A DNA stretch of 64,000 nucleotides from Eledone cirrhosa. Taxonomy: Eukaryota. Both the position numbers and the translations under genes were made by a program. Numbering within the stretch: the first letter of the stretch is position 1; each line of letters opens with the position of its first letter. The notes beneath the pieces were generated by a model. The model searched no databases. It was not told the origin of the DNA and saw nothing but the letters and a program-made list of their open reading frames with translations. Below, one piece after another: positions 1 to 14,024 of this stretch. The DNA lies in NCBI GenBank assembly GCA_964016885.1, contig OZ024743.1:225494001-225558000 (forward strand), read 5' to 3'.

Positions 1-3000
1 TGAGGAGAGCTTGCTGTATACGAATGTCGAGATCTTTCTTCATATGAACGAGGGCTTGTTGCATACGAATGTAGAGATCTTTCTTCATATGAACGAGGAG
101 GGCTTGTTGCATACGAATGTCGAGATCTTTCTTCATGTGAATCAGGAGGGCTTGTTGCATACAAATGTTGAGATCTTTCTTCATATGAATGAGGAGGGCT
201 TGTTGCATACGAATGTCGAGATCTTTCTTCATATGAATGAGGAGAGCTTGCTGTATACGAATGTCGAGATCTTTCTTCATATTAACGAGGATAGCTTGTT
301 GCATACGAATATCGAGATCTTTCTTCATATGAATGAGGAGGGCTTATTGCATACGAATGTCGAGAGCTTTCTTCATATGAACGAGGAGGGCTGGTTGCAT
401 ACGTATGTCGAGATCTTTCTTCATATGAACGAGGAGAGTTTGTTGCATACGAATGTCGAGAGGTTTCTTCATATGAACGAGGAGGGCTTGTTGGATACGA
501 ATGTCGAGATTATTCTTCGCATGAATGAGAAGGGCTTGTTGCATACGAATGTCGAGATCTTTCTTCATATGAATGAGGAGGGCTTGTTGCATACGAATGT
601 CAAGATCTTTCTTCATATGAACGAGGATGGCTTGTTGCATACGAATGTCGAGAGGTTTCTTCATATGAACGAGGAGGGCTTGTTGGATACGAATGTCGAG
701 ATTATTCTTCGTATGAATGAGAAGGGCTTGTTGCATACGAATGTCGAGATCTTTCTTCATATGAATGAAGAGGGCTTGTTGCATACGAATGTCAAGATCT
801 TTCTTCATATGAACGAAGATGGCTTGTTGCATACGAATGTCGAGATCTTTCTTCATATGAACGAGGGCTTGTTGCATACGAATGTCGAGCGCTTTCTTCA
901 TATGAATGAGGAGGGCTTGTTGCATACGAATGTCTAGATCTTTCTTCTTATGAACGAGGAGGGCTTGTTGCATACGAATATCGAGAGCTTTCTTCATATG
1001 AACGAGGAGGGCTTGTTGCATACGAATGTCGAGATCTTTCTTCATATGAACGAGGAGGGCTGGGTGCATACGAATGTCGAGATCTCTCTTCATATGAATC
1101 AGGAGGGCTTGTTGCATACAAATGTTGAGATCTCTCTTCATATGAACGAGGAGGGCTTGTTGCATACGAATGTCGAGATCTTTCTTCATATGAACGAGGA
1201 GGGCTTGTTGCATACGAATGTCGAGATCTTTTTTCATATGAATGAGGAGGGCTTGTTGCATACGAATGTCGAGATCTTTCTTCATATGAACGAGGAGGGC
1301 TTGTTGCATACGAATGTCAAGATCTTTCTTCATATGAACGAGGAGGGCTTGTTGCATACGAATGTCGAGATCTTTCTTCATATGAACGAGGAGTGTTTGT
1401 TGCATACGAATGTCGAGAGGTTTCTTCATATGAACGAGGAGGGATTGTTGGATACGAATGTCGAGATTATTCTTCGTATGAATGAGAAGGGCTTGTTGCA
1501 TACGAATGTCGAGATCTTTCTTCATATGAATGAGGAGGGCTTGTTGCATACGAATGTCAAGATCTTTCTTCATATGAACGAGGATGGCTTGTTGCATACG
1601 AATGTCGAGATCTTTCTTCATATGAACGAGGGCTTGTTGCATACGAATGTCGAGCTCTTTCTTCATATGAATGAGGAGGGCTTGTTGCATACGAATGTCT
1701 AGATCTTTGTTCATATGAACGAGGAGGGCTTGTTGCATACGAATGTCGAGATCTTTCTTCATATCAACGAGGGCTTGTTGCATACGAATGTCGAGCTCTT
1801 TCTTCATATGAATGAGGAGGGCTTGTTGCATACGAATGTCAAGATCTTTCTTCATATGAACGAGGAGGGCTTGTTGCATACGAATGTCGAGATCTTTTTT
1901 CATATGAATGAGGAGGGCTTGTTGCATACGAATGTCAAGATCTTTCTTCATATGAACGAGGAGGGCTTGTTGCATACGAATGTCGAGATCTTTTTTCATA
2001 TGAACGAGGAGGGCTTGTTGCATACGAATGTCAAGATCTTTCTTCATATGAACGAGGAGGGCTTGTTGCATACGAATGTCGAGATCTTTTTTCATATGAA
2101 TGAGGAGGGCTTGTTGCATACGAATGTCAAGATCTTTCTTAATATGAACGAGGAGGGCTTGTTGCATACGAATGTCGAGATCTTTCTTCATATGAATGAG
2201 GGCTTGTTGCATACGAATGTCGAGATCTTTCTTCATATTAACGAGGATAGCTTGTTGCATACGAATGTCGAGATCTTTTTTCATATGAATGAGGAGGGCT
2301 TGTTGCATACGAATGTCAAGATCTTTCTTAATATGAACGAGGAGGGCTTGTTGCATACGAATGTCGAGATCTTTCTTCATATGAACGAGGAGGGCTTGTT
2401 GCATACGAATGTCGAGATCTTTCTTCATATGAACGAGGATAGCTCGTTGCATACGAATGTCGAGATCTTTTTTCATATGAATGAGGAGGGCTTGTTGCAT
2501 ACGAATGTCAAGATCTTTCTTAATATGAACGAGGAGGGCTTGTTGCATACGAATGTCGAGATCTTTCTTCATATGAACGAGGAGAGTTTGTTGCATACGA
2601 ATGTCGAGAGGTTTCTTCATATGAACGAGGAGGGCTTGTTGCATACGAATGTCGAGATTATTCTTCATATGAATGAGAAGGGCTTGTTGCATACGAATGT
2701 CGAGATCTTTCTTCATATGAATGAGGAGGGCTTGTTGCATACGAATGTCAAGATCTTTCTTCATATGAACGAGGATGGCTTGTTGCATACGAATCTCGAG
2801 ATCTTTCTTCATATGAACGAGGAGAGTTTGTTGCATACGAATGTCGAGAGGTTTCTTCATATGAACGAGGAGGGCTTGTTGCATACGAATGTCGAGATCT
2901 TTCTTCATATGAATGAGGAGGGCTTGTTGCATACGAATGTCAAGATCTTTCTTCATATGAACGAGGAGGGCTTGTTGCATACGAATGTCGAGATTTTTCT

Positions 3001-6000
3001 TCATATGAACGAGGGCTTGTTGCATACGAATGTCGAGATCTTTCTTCATATGAATCAGGAGAGCTTGCTGTATACGAATGTCGAGATCTTTCTTCATATT
3101 AACGAGGATAGCTTGTTGCATACGAATATCGAGATCTTTCTTCATATGAATGAGGAGGGCTTATTGCATACGAATGTCGAGAGCTTTCTTCATATGAACG
3201 AGGAGGGCTGGTTGCATACGAATGTCGAGATCTTTCTTCATATGAATGAGGAGGGCTTGTTGCATACGAATGTCGAGATCTTTCTTCATATGAATGAGGA
3301 GAGCTTGCTGTATACGAATGACGAGATCTTTCTTCATATTATCGAGGATAGCTTGTTGCATACGAATGTCGAGATGTTTCTTCATATGAATGAGGAGGGC
3401 TTGTTGCATACGAATGTCGAGATATTTCTTCATATTAATGAGGATAGCTTGTTGCATACGAATGTCAAGATCTTTCTTCATATTAATGAGGATAGCTTGT
3501 TGCATACGAATGTCAAGATCTTTCTTCATATGAACGAGGAGGGCTTGTTGCATACGAATGTCAAGATCTTTCTTCATATGAACGAGGAGGGCTTGTTCCA
3601 TACGAATATCGAGAGCTTTCTTCATATGAACGAGGAGGGCTTGTTGCATACGAATGTCGAGATCTTTTTTCATATGAACGAGGGCTTGTTGCATACGAAT
3701 GTCGAGATCTTTTTCATATGAACGAGGAGGGGTTGTTGCATACGAATATCGAGAGCTTTCTTCCTATGAACGAGGAGGGCTTGTTGCATACGAATGTCGA
3801 CATCTTTTTTCATATGAATGAGGAGAGCTTGTTGCATACGAATGTCGAGATCTTTCTTCATATGAACGAGGAGGGTTTGTTGCATACGAATGTCGAGATC
3901 TTTCTTCATATGAACGAGGAGAGTTTGTTGCATACGAATGTCGAGATCTTTCTTCATGTGAATGAGGAGAGCTTGCTGTATACGAATGTCGAGATCTTTC
4001 TTCATATGAACGAGGGCTTGTTGCATACGAATGTAGAGATCTTTCTTCATATGAACGAGGAGGGCTTGTTGCATACGAATGTCGAGATCTTTCTTCATGT
4101 GAATCAGGAGGGCTTGTTGCATACAAATGTTGAGATCTTTCTTCATATGAATGAGGAGGGCTTGTTGCATACGAATGTCGAGATCTTTCTTCATATGAAT
4201 GAGGAGAGCTTGCTGTATACGAATGTCGAGATCTTTCTTCATATTAACGAGGATAGCTTGTTGCATACGAATATCGAGATCTTTCTTCATATGAATGAGG
4301 AGGGCTTATTGCATACGAATGTCGAGAGCTTTCTTCATATGAACGAGGAGGGCTGGTTGCATACGTATGTCGAGATCTTTCTTCATATGAACGAGGAGAG
4401 TTTGTTGCATACGAATGTCGAGAGGTTTCTTCATATGAACGAGGAGGGCTTGTTGGATACGAATGTCGAGATTATTCTTCGCATGAATGAGAAGGGCTTG
4501 TTGCATACGAATGTCGAGATCTTTCTTCATATGAATGAGGAGGGCTTGTTGAATACGAATGTCAAGATCTTTCTTCATATGAACGAGGATGGCTTGTTGC
4601 ATACGAATGTCGAGAGGTTTCTTCATATGAACGAGGAGGGCTTGTTGGATACGAATGTCGAGATTATTCTTCGTATGAATGAGAAGGGCTTGTTGCATAC
4701 GAATGTCGAGATCTTTCTTCATATGAATGAAGAGGGCTTGTTGCATACGAATGTCAAGATCTTTCTTCATATGAACGAAGATGGCTTGTTGCATACGAAT
4801 GTCGAGATCTTTCTTCATATGAACGAGGGCTTGTTGCATACGAATGTCGAGCGCTTTCTTCATATGAATGAGGAGGGCTTGTTGCATACGAATGTCTAGA
4901 TCTTTCTTCATATGAACGAGGAGGGCTTGTTGCATACGAATGTCGAGAGCTTTCTTCTTATGAACGAGGAGGGCTTGTTGCATACGAATATCGAGAGCTT
5001 TCTTCATATGAACGAGGAGGGCTTGTTGCATACGAATGTCGAGATCTTTCTTCATATGAACGAGGAGGGCTGGGTGCATACGAATGTCGAGATCTCTCTT
5101 CATATGAATCAGGAGGGCTTGTTGCATACAAATGTTGAGATCTCTCTTCATATGAACGAGGAGGGCTTGTTGCATACGAATGTCGAGATCTTTCTTCATA
5201 TGAACGAGGAGGGCTTGTTGCATACGAATGTCGAGATCTTTTTTCATATGAATGAGGAGGGCTTGTTGCATACGAATGTCGAGATCTTTCTTCATATGAA
5301 CGAGGAGGGCTTGTTGCATACGAATGTCAAGATCTTTCTTCATATGAACGAGGAGGGCTTGTTGCATACGAATGTCGAGATCTTTCTTCATATGAACGAG
5401 GAGTGTTTGTTGCATACGAATGTCGAGAGGTTTCTTCATATGAACGAGGAGGGCTTGTTGGATACGAATGTCGAGATTATTCTTCGTATGAATGAGAAGG
5501 GCTTGTTGCATACGAATGTCGAGATCTTTCTTCATATGAATGAGGAGGGCTTGTTGCATACGAATGTCAAGATCTTTCTTCATATGAACGAGGATGGCTT
5601 GTTGCATACGAATGTCGAGATCTTTCTTCATATGAACGAGGGCTTGTTGCATACGAATGTCGAGCTCTTTCTTCATATGAATGAGGAGGGCTTGTTGCAT
5701 ACGAATGTCTAGATCTTTCTTCATATGAACGAGGAGGGCTTGTTGCATACGAATGTCGAGAGCTTTCTTCTTATGAACGAGGAGGGCTTGTTGCATACGA
5801 ATGTCGAGAGCTTTCTTCATATGAATCAGGAGGGCTTGTTGCATACAAATGTTGAGATCTTTCTTCATATGAATGAGGGCTTGTTGCATACGAATGTCGA
5901 GATCTTTCTTCATATTAACGAGGATAGCTTGTTGCATACGAATGTCGAGATCTTTTTTCATATGAATGAGGAGGGCTTGTTGCATACGAATGTCAAGATC

Positions 6001-9000
6001 TTTCTTAATATGAACGAGGAGGGCTTGTTGCATACGAATGTCGAGATCTTTCTTCATATGAACGAGGAGGGCTTGTTGCATACGAATGTCGAGATCTTTC
6101 TTCATATGAACGAGGATAGCTTGTTGCATACGAATGTCGAGATCTTTTTTCATATGAATGAGGAGGGCTTGTTGCATACGAATGTCAAGATCTTTCTTAA
6201 TATGAACGAGGAGGGCTTGTTGCATACGAATGTCGAGATCTTTCTTCATATGAACGAGGATGGCTTGTTGCATACGAATGTCGAGATCTTTCTTCATATG
6301 AATCAGGAGAGCTTGCTGTATACGAATGTCGAGATCTTTCTTCATATTAACGAGGATAGCTTGTTGCATACGAATATCGAGATCTTTCTTCATATGAATG
6401 AGGAGGGCTTATTGCATACGAATGTCGAGAGCTTTCTTCATATGAACGAGGAGGGCTGGTTGCATACGAATGTCGAGATCTTTCTTCATATGAATGAGGA
6501 GGGCTTGTTGCATACGAATGTCGAGATCTTTCTTCATATGAATGAGGAGAGCTTGCTGTATACGAATGACGAGATCTTTCTTCATATTATCGAGGATAGC
6601 TTGTTGCATACGAATGTCGAGATGTTTCTTCATATGAATGAGGAGGGCTTGTTGCATACGAATGTCGAGATATTTCTTCATATTAATGAGGATAGCTTGT
6701 GGCATACGAATGTCAAGATCTTTCTTCATATTAATGAGGATAGCTTGTTGCATACGAATGTCAAGATCTTTCTTCATATGAACGAGGAGGGCTTGTTGCA
6801 TACGAATGTCGAGATCTTTTTTCATATGAACGAGGGCTTGTTGCATACGAATGTCGAGATCTTTCTTCATATGAACGAGGTGGGGTTGTTGCATACGAAT
6901 ATCGAGAGCTTTCTTCCTATGAACGAGGAGGGCTTGTTGCATACGAATGTCGACATCTTTTTTCATATGAATGAGGAGAGCTTGTTGCATACGAATGTCG
7001 AGATCTTTCTTCATATGAACGAGGAGGGTTTGTTGCATACGAATGTCGAGATCTTTCTTCATATGAACGAGGAGAGTTTGTTGCATACGAATGTCGAGAT
7101 CTTTCTTCATGTGAATGAGGAGAGCTTGCTGTATACGAATGTCGAGATCTTTCTTCATATGAACGAGGGCTTGTTGCATACGAATGTAGAGATCTTTCTT
7201 CATATGAACGAGGAGGGTTTGTTGCATACGAATGTCGAGATCTTTCTTCATGTGAATCAGGAGGGCTTGTTGCATACAAATGTTGAGATCTTTCTTCATA
7301 TGAATGAGGAGGGCTTGTTGCATACGAATGTCGAGATCTTTCTTCATATGAATGAGGATAGCTTGTTGCATACGAATGTCAAGATCTTTCTTCATATTAA
7401 TGAGGATAGCTTGTTGCATACGAATGTCAAGATCTTTCTTCAAATGAACGAGAAGGGCTTGTTGCATACGAATGTCAAGATCTTTCTTCATATGAACGAG
7501 GAGGGCTTGTTCCATACGAATATCGAGATCTTTCTTCATATGAACGAGGAGGGCTTGTTGCATACGAATGTCGAGATCTTTCTTCATATGAACGAGGATA
7601 GCTTGTTGCATACGAATGTCGAGATCTTTTTTCATATGAATGAGGAGGGCTTGTTGCATACGAATGTCGAGATCTTTCTTCATATGAACGAGGACAGTTT
7701 GTTGCATACGAATGTCGAGAGGTTTCTTCATATGAATGAGAAGGGCTTGTTGCATACGAATGTCGAGATCTTTCTTCATATGAATGAGGAGGGCTTGTTG
7801 CATACGAATGTCAAGATCTTTCTTCATATGAACGAGGATGGCTTGTTGCATACGAATGTCGAGATTTTTCTTCATATGAACGAGGGCTTGTTGCATACGA
7901 ATGTCGAGATCTTTCTTCATATGAATCAGGAGAGCTTGCTGTATACGAATGTCGAGATCTTTCTTCATATTAACGAGGATAGCTTGTTGCATACGAATAT
8001 CGAGATCTTTCGTCATATGAATGAGGAGGGCTTATTGCATACGAATGTCGAGAGCTTTCTTCATATGAACGAGGAGGGCTGGTTGCATACGAATGTCGAG
8101 ATCTTTCTTCATATGAATGAGGAGGGCTTGTTGCATACGAATGTCGAGATCTTTCTTCATATGAATGAGGAGAGCTTGCTGTATACGAATGACGAGATCT
8201 TTCTTCATATTATCGAGGATAGCTTGTTGCATACGAATGTAGAGATGTTTCTTCATATGAATGAGGAGGGCTTGTTGCATACGAATGTCGAGATATTTCT
8301 TCATATTAATGAGGATAGCTTGTTGCATACGAATGTCAAGATCTTTCTTCATATTAATGAGGATAGCTTGTTGCATACGAATGTCAAGATCTTTCTTCAT
8401 ATGAACGAGGAGGGCTTGTTGCATACGAATGTCGAGATCTTTTTTCATATGAACGAGGGCTTGTTGCATACGAATGTCGAGATCTTTCTTCATATGAACG
8501 AGGAGGGCTTGTTCCATACGAATATCGAGAGCTTTCTTCATATGAACGAGGAGGGCTTGTTGCATACGAATGTCGAGATCTTTTTTCATATGAACGAGGG
8601 CTTGTTGCATACAAATGTCGAGATCTTTCTTCATATGAACGAGGAGGGCTTGTTGCATACGAATATCGAGAGCTTTCTTCATATGAACGAGGAGGGCTTG
8701 TTGCATACGAATGTCGAGATCTTTTTTCATATGAATGAGGAGAGCTTGTTGCATACCATTGTCGAGATCTTTCTTCATATGAACGAGGAGGGTTTGTTGC
8801 ATACGAATGTCGAGATCTTTCTTCATATGAACGAGGAGAGTTTGTTGCATACGAATGTCAAGATCTTTCTTCATATGAATGAGGAGAGCTTGCTGTATAC
8901 GAATGTCGAGATCTTTCTTCATATGAACGAGGGCTTGTTGCATACGAATGTAGAGATCTTTCTTCATATGAACGAGGAGGGCTTGTTGCATACGAATGTC

Positions 9001-12000
9001 GAGATCTTTCTTCATGTGAATCAGGAGGGCTTGTTGCATACAAATGTTGAGATATTTCTTCATATGAATGAGGAGGGCTTGTTGCATACGAATGTCGAGA
9101 TCTTTCTTCATATGAATGAGGAGAGCTTGCTGTATACGAATGTCGAGATCTTTCTTCATATTAACGAGGATAGCTTGTTGCATACGAATATCGGGAACTT
9201 TCTTCATATGAATTAGGAGGGCTTGTTGCATACGAATGTCCAGAGCTTTCTTCATATGAACGAGGAGGGCTTGTTGCATACGAATATCGAGATCTTTCTT
9301 CATATGAACGAGGGCTTGTTGCATACGAATGTCGAGATCTTTCTTCATATGAACGAGGGCTTGTTGCATACGAATGTCGAGATCTTTCTTCATATGAACG
9401 AGGAGGGCTTGTTGCATACGAATATCGAGAGCTTTCTTCATATGAACGAGGAGGGCTTGTTGCATACGAATGTCGAGATCTTTCTTCATATGAATGAGGA
9501 GAGCTTGTTGCATACAAATGTTGAGATCTTTCTTCATATGAACGAGGAGAGTTTGTTGCATACGAATGTCGAGAGGTTTCTTCATATGAATGAGAAGGGC
9601 TTGTTGCATACGAATGTCGAGATCTTTCTTCATATGAATGAGGAGGGCTTGTTGCATACGAATGTCAAGATCTTTCTTCATATGAATGAGGAGAGCTTCC
9701 TGTATACGAATGTCGAGATCTTTCTTCATATTAACGAGGATAGCTTGTTGCATACGAATGTCGAGATCTTTCTTCATATGAATGAGGAGGGCTTGTTGCA
9801 TACGAATGTCGAGAGGTTTCTTCATATGAACGAGGAGGGCTTGTTGCATACGAATATCGAGATCTTTCAGCATATGAACGAGGAGGGCTTGTTGCAAACG
9901 AATGTCGAGATCTTTCTTCATATGAACGAGGAGAGTTTGTTGCATACGAATGTCGAGATCTTTCTTCATATGAATGAGGAGGGCTTGTTGCATACGAATG
10001 TCAAGATCTTTCTTCATATGAACGAGGATGGCTTGTTGCATACGAATGTCGAGATTTTTCTTCATATGAACGAGGGCTTGTTGCATACGAATGTCGAGAT
10101 CTTTCTTCATATGAATCAGGAGAGCTTGCTGTATACGAATGTCGAGATCTTTCTTCATATTAACGAGGATAGCTTGTTGCATACGAATATCGAGATCTTT
10201 CTTCATATGAATGAGGAGGGCTTATTGCATATGAATGTCGAGAGCTTTCTTCATATGAACGAGGAGGGCTGGTTGCATACGAATGTCGAGATCTTTCTTC
10301 ATATGAATGAGAAGGGCTTGTTGCATACGAATGTCGAGATCTTTCTTCATATGAATGAGGAGAGCTTGCTGTATACGAATGACGAGATCTTTCTTCATAT
10401 TATCGAGGAAAGCTTGTTGCATACGAATGTCGAGATGTTTCTTCATATGAATGAGGAGGGCTTGTTGCATACGAATGTCGAGATATTTCTTCATATTAAT
10501 GAGGATAGCTTGTTGCATACGAATGTCAAGATCTTTCTTCATATTAATGAGGATAGCTTGTTGCATACGAATGTCAAGATCTTTCTTCATATGAACGAGG
10601 AGGGCTTGTTGCATACGAATGTCAAGATCTTTCTTCATATGAACGAGGAGGGCTTGTTCCATACGAATATCGAGAGCTTTCTTCATATGAACGAGGAGGG
10701 CTTGTTGCATACGAATGTCGAGATCTTTTTTCATATGAACGAGGGCTTGTTGCATACGAATGTCGAGATCTTTCTTCATATGAACGAGGAGGGCTTGTTG
10801 CATACGAATATCGAGAGCTTTCTTCATATGAACGAGGAGGGCTTGTTGCATACGAATGTCGAGATCTTTTTTCATATGAATGAGGAGAGCTTGTTGCATA
10901 CGAATGTCGAGATCTTTCTTCATATGAACGAGGAGGGTTTGTTGCATACGAATGTCGAGATCTTTCTTCATATGAACGAGGAGAGTTTGTTGCATACGAA
11001 TGTCGAGATCTTTCTTCATATGAATGAGGAGAGCTTGCTGTATACGAATGTCGAGATCTTTCTTCATATGAACGAGGGCTTGTTGCATACGAATGTCGAG
11101 ATCTTTCTTCATATGAACGAGGAGGGCTTGTTGCATACGAATGTCGAGATCTTTCTTCATATGAACGAGGAGGGCTTGTTGCATACGAATGTCGAGATCT
11201 TTCTTCATATGAATGAGGAGGGCTTGTTGCATACGAATGTCGAGATCTTTCTTCATATGAATCAGGAGAGCTTGCTGTATACGAATGTCGAGATCTTTCT
11301 TCATATTAACGAGGATAGCTTGTTGCATACGAATGTCGAGATCTTTCTTCATATGAACGAGGGCTTGTTGCATACGAATGTCGAGATCTTTCTTCATATC
11401 AACGAGGAGGGCTTGTTGCATACGAATATCGAGAGCTTTCTTCATATGAACGAGGAGGGCTTGTTGCATACGAATGTCAAGATCTTTCTTCATATGAACG
11501 AGGAGAGCTTGTTGCATACAAATGTCGAGATCTTTCTTCATATGAACGAGGGCTTGTTGCATACGAATATAGAGATCTTTCTTCATATGAACGAGGAGGG
11601 CTTGTTGCATACGAATGTCGAGATCTTTCTTCTTATGAACGAGAGGGCTTGTTGCATACGAATGTCGAGATCTTTCTTCATATGAATGAGAAGGGCTTGT
11701 TGCATACGAATGTCGAGATCTTTCTTCATATGAATGAGGAGGGCTTGTTGCATACGAATGTCGAGATCTTTCTTCATATGAATGAGGAGAGCTTGCTGTA
11801 TACGAATGTCGAGATCTTTCTTCATATTAACGAGGATAGCTTGTTGCATACGAATATCGAGATCTTTCTTCATATGAATGAGGAGGGCTTGTTGCATACG
11901 AATGTGGAGAGCTTTCTTCATATGAACGAGGAGGGCTTGTTGCATACGAATGTCGAGATCTTTCTTCATATGAACGAGGAGGGCTTGTTGCATACGAATG

Positions 12001-13262
12001 TCAAGATCTTTCTTCGTATGAACGAGGAGGGCTTGTTGCATACGAATGTCGAGGTCTTTCTTCATATGAATGAGGAGAGCTTGTTGCATACGAATGTCGA
12101 GATCTTTCTTCATATGAAAGAGGAGGGCTTGTTGCATACGAATGTCGAGAGCTTACTTCATATGAACGAGGAGGGCTTGTTGCATACGAATGTCGAGATC
12201 TTTCTTCATGTGAATCAGGAGGGCTTGTTGCATACAAATGTTGAGATCTTTCTTCATATGAATGAGGAGGGCTTGTTGCATACGAATGTCGAGATCTTTC
12301 TTCATATGAATGAGGAGAGCTTGCTGTATACGAATGTCGAGATCTTTCTTCATATTAACGAGGATAGCTTGTTGCATACGAATATCGAGATCTTTCTTCA
12401 TATGAAAGAGGAGGGCTTGTTGCATACGAATGTCGAGAGCTTTCTTCATATGAACGAGGAGGGCTTGTTGCATAGGAATGTCGAGATCTTTCTTCATATT
12501 AACGAGGATAGCTTGTTGCATACGAATGTCGAGATCTTTCTTCATATGAATGAGGAGGGCTTGTTGCATACGAATGTCGAGATCTTTCTTCATATGAACG
12601 AGGGCTTGTTGCATACGAATGTCGAGATCTTTCTTCATATGAACGAGGAGGGTTTGTTGCATACGAATGTCGACAGCTTTCTTCATATGAATGAGAAGGG
12701 CTTGTTGCATACGAATGTCGAGATCTTTCTTCATATGAATGAGGAGGGCTCGTTGCATACGAATGTGGAGAGCTTTCTTCATATGAATGGGGAGGGCTTG
12801 TTGCATACGAACGTCAAGATCTTTCTTCATACGAACGAGGATGGCTTGTTGCATACGAATGTCGAGATCTTTCTTCATATGAACGAGGGCTTGTTGCATA
12901 CGAATGTCGAGATCTTTCTTCATATGAACGAGGAGGGCTTGTTGCATACGAATGTCGAGAGCTTTCCTCATATGAACGAGGAGGGCTTGTTGCATACGAA
13001 TGTCGAAATCTTTCTTCATATGAATCAGGAGGGCTTGTTGCATACAAATGTTGAGATCTTTCTTCATGTGAATGAGGAGGGCTTGTTGCATACGAATGTC
13101 GAGATCTTCATATGAATGAGGAGGGCTTGTTGCATACGAATGTCGAGAACTTTCTTCATATGAACGAGGAGGGCTTGTTGCATACGAATGTCGAGATCTT
13201 TCTTCATACGAACGAGGAGGGCATCTTGCATTAATGTCGAGAGCTTTCACATAAACGTCGAT
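1..13262. repeat. 48-bp tandem array (with 45-bp variant units), roughly 275 units, continuing off the left edge
   Basis: Consensus + strand unit is catatgaacgaggagggcttgttgcatacgaatgtcgagatctttctt. The 45-bp units lack one gag. A degenerate terminal unit lies at about 13221-13262. Confidence 0.98.
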
Positions 13263-13418
13263 AGAAATTTGCATCATCAGCACTATAGTCAATGGCACCG
13301 TCATACGTGTAGAACGCAGTTCGAGGTACCTTGTTTAGAGAGTTCGACTATACTTGATTACACCTGACACATGAAGCATACGTAATCCCAGGATTTGGTA
13401 TGGTTTGAAGGCCTGGCT

Positions 13419-13799
13419 TCACTGGAATATTTTTTGTGCCTCATTCTGTGGCCATGCCATATTCTGCATCTTTTTCCTCCTCACTTGTATACTTACACCG
13501 TCGTTCATTGTTATGTACTTATTTTTGTCAATATGTGAGGTTAATTTTACATTAATTTTCATGTTTGATTCACTTAAACGTTGTTGTACTTCTTTGAACA
13601 CATATAACCTTTTATCCAAGCTATAATATTTTCCATTTCTTGCGAAAACTCTGATTTGGTGGACTTCGTCAGGTTTTCTTTTATGATTAATAATATCTGA
13701 AATAAGATCTTGTATTTTATATCCATTTTGGAAAGTTGGACTGATAGAATATGCATAGGATATGTTAACGAGTGTGTAATTACACTTCGGTAGAACTCC
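13419..13799 (-). pseudogene. ParB/Sulfiredoxin-fold-like domain coding segment (exon or pseudogene; no ATG before the domain)
   Basis: My translation of the frame containing track ORF 13419..13619, extended upstream: ...LVNISYAYSISPTFQNGYKIQDLISDIINHKRKPDEVHQIRVFARNGKYYSLDKRLYVFKEVQQRLSESNMKINVKLTSHIDKNKYITMNDGVSIQVRR... This resembles the recalled pattern I.(F/Y).QDSI...F.NG....L..DI......I.V...GKYYSLDNRRL(Y/W)VFK....K(F/Y)TT.N.G.S(I/V).VR of uncharacterised ParB-like proteins. Not verified by search. Confidence 0.55.
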
Positions 13800-14024
13800 T
13801 AAGTATGGCAGATATGTTGAGTCTCGCAGTGTATATATTATATACTAACGAATGTATATATTTTCTAAGAAAATAAGATGAAAATTAAAGTGAAAAATGT
13901 CCCCGAAACAAGGGAGATAATTCAACAATCACTTGAATTGTTTTTCATCAGCAACAAAATAATTTCTTTATTAGCCACACAGGGCTCACATTAAGGAAAC
14001 ATTAAAGGCGGTACAGGATGATAG

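Noticed and set aside
11-13115. Long ORFs on both strands (MNEEGLLHTNVEIFLH)n and (MKKDLDIRMQQALLVH)n as real proteins
   Set aside because: A 48-bp stop-free unit gives long ORFs automatically. Both frames carry recurrent stops and frameshifts (about 3716, 11641, 13107), and the 3-bp indel is explained by gag slippage.
1-13262. CRISPR-like array
   Set aside because: Contiguous tandem units with no unique spacers, in a eukaryotic context with no cas genes.
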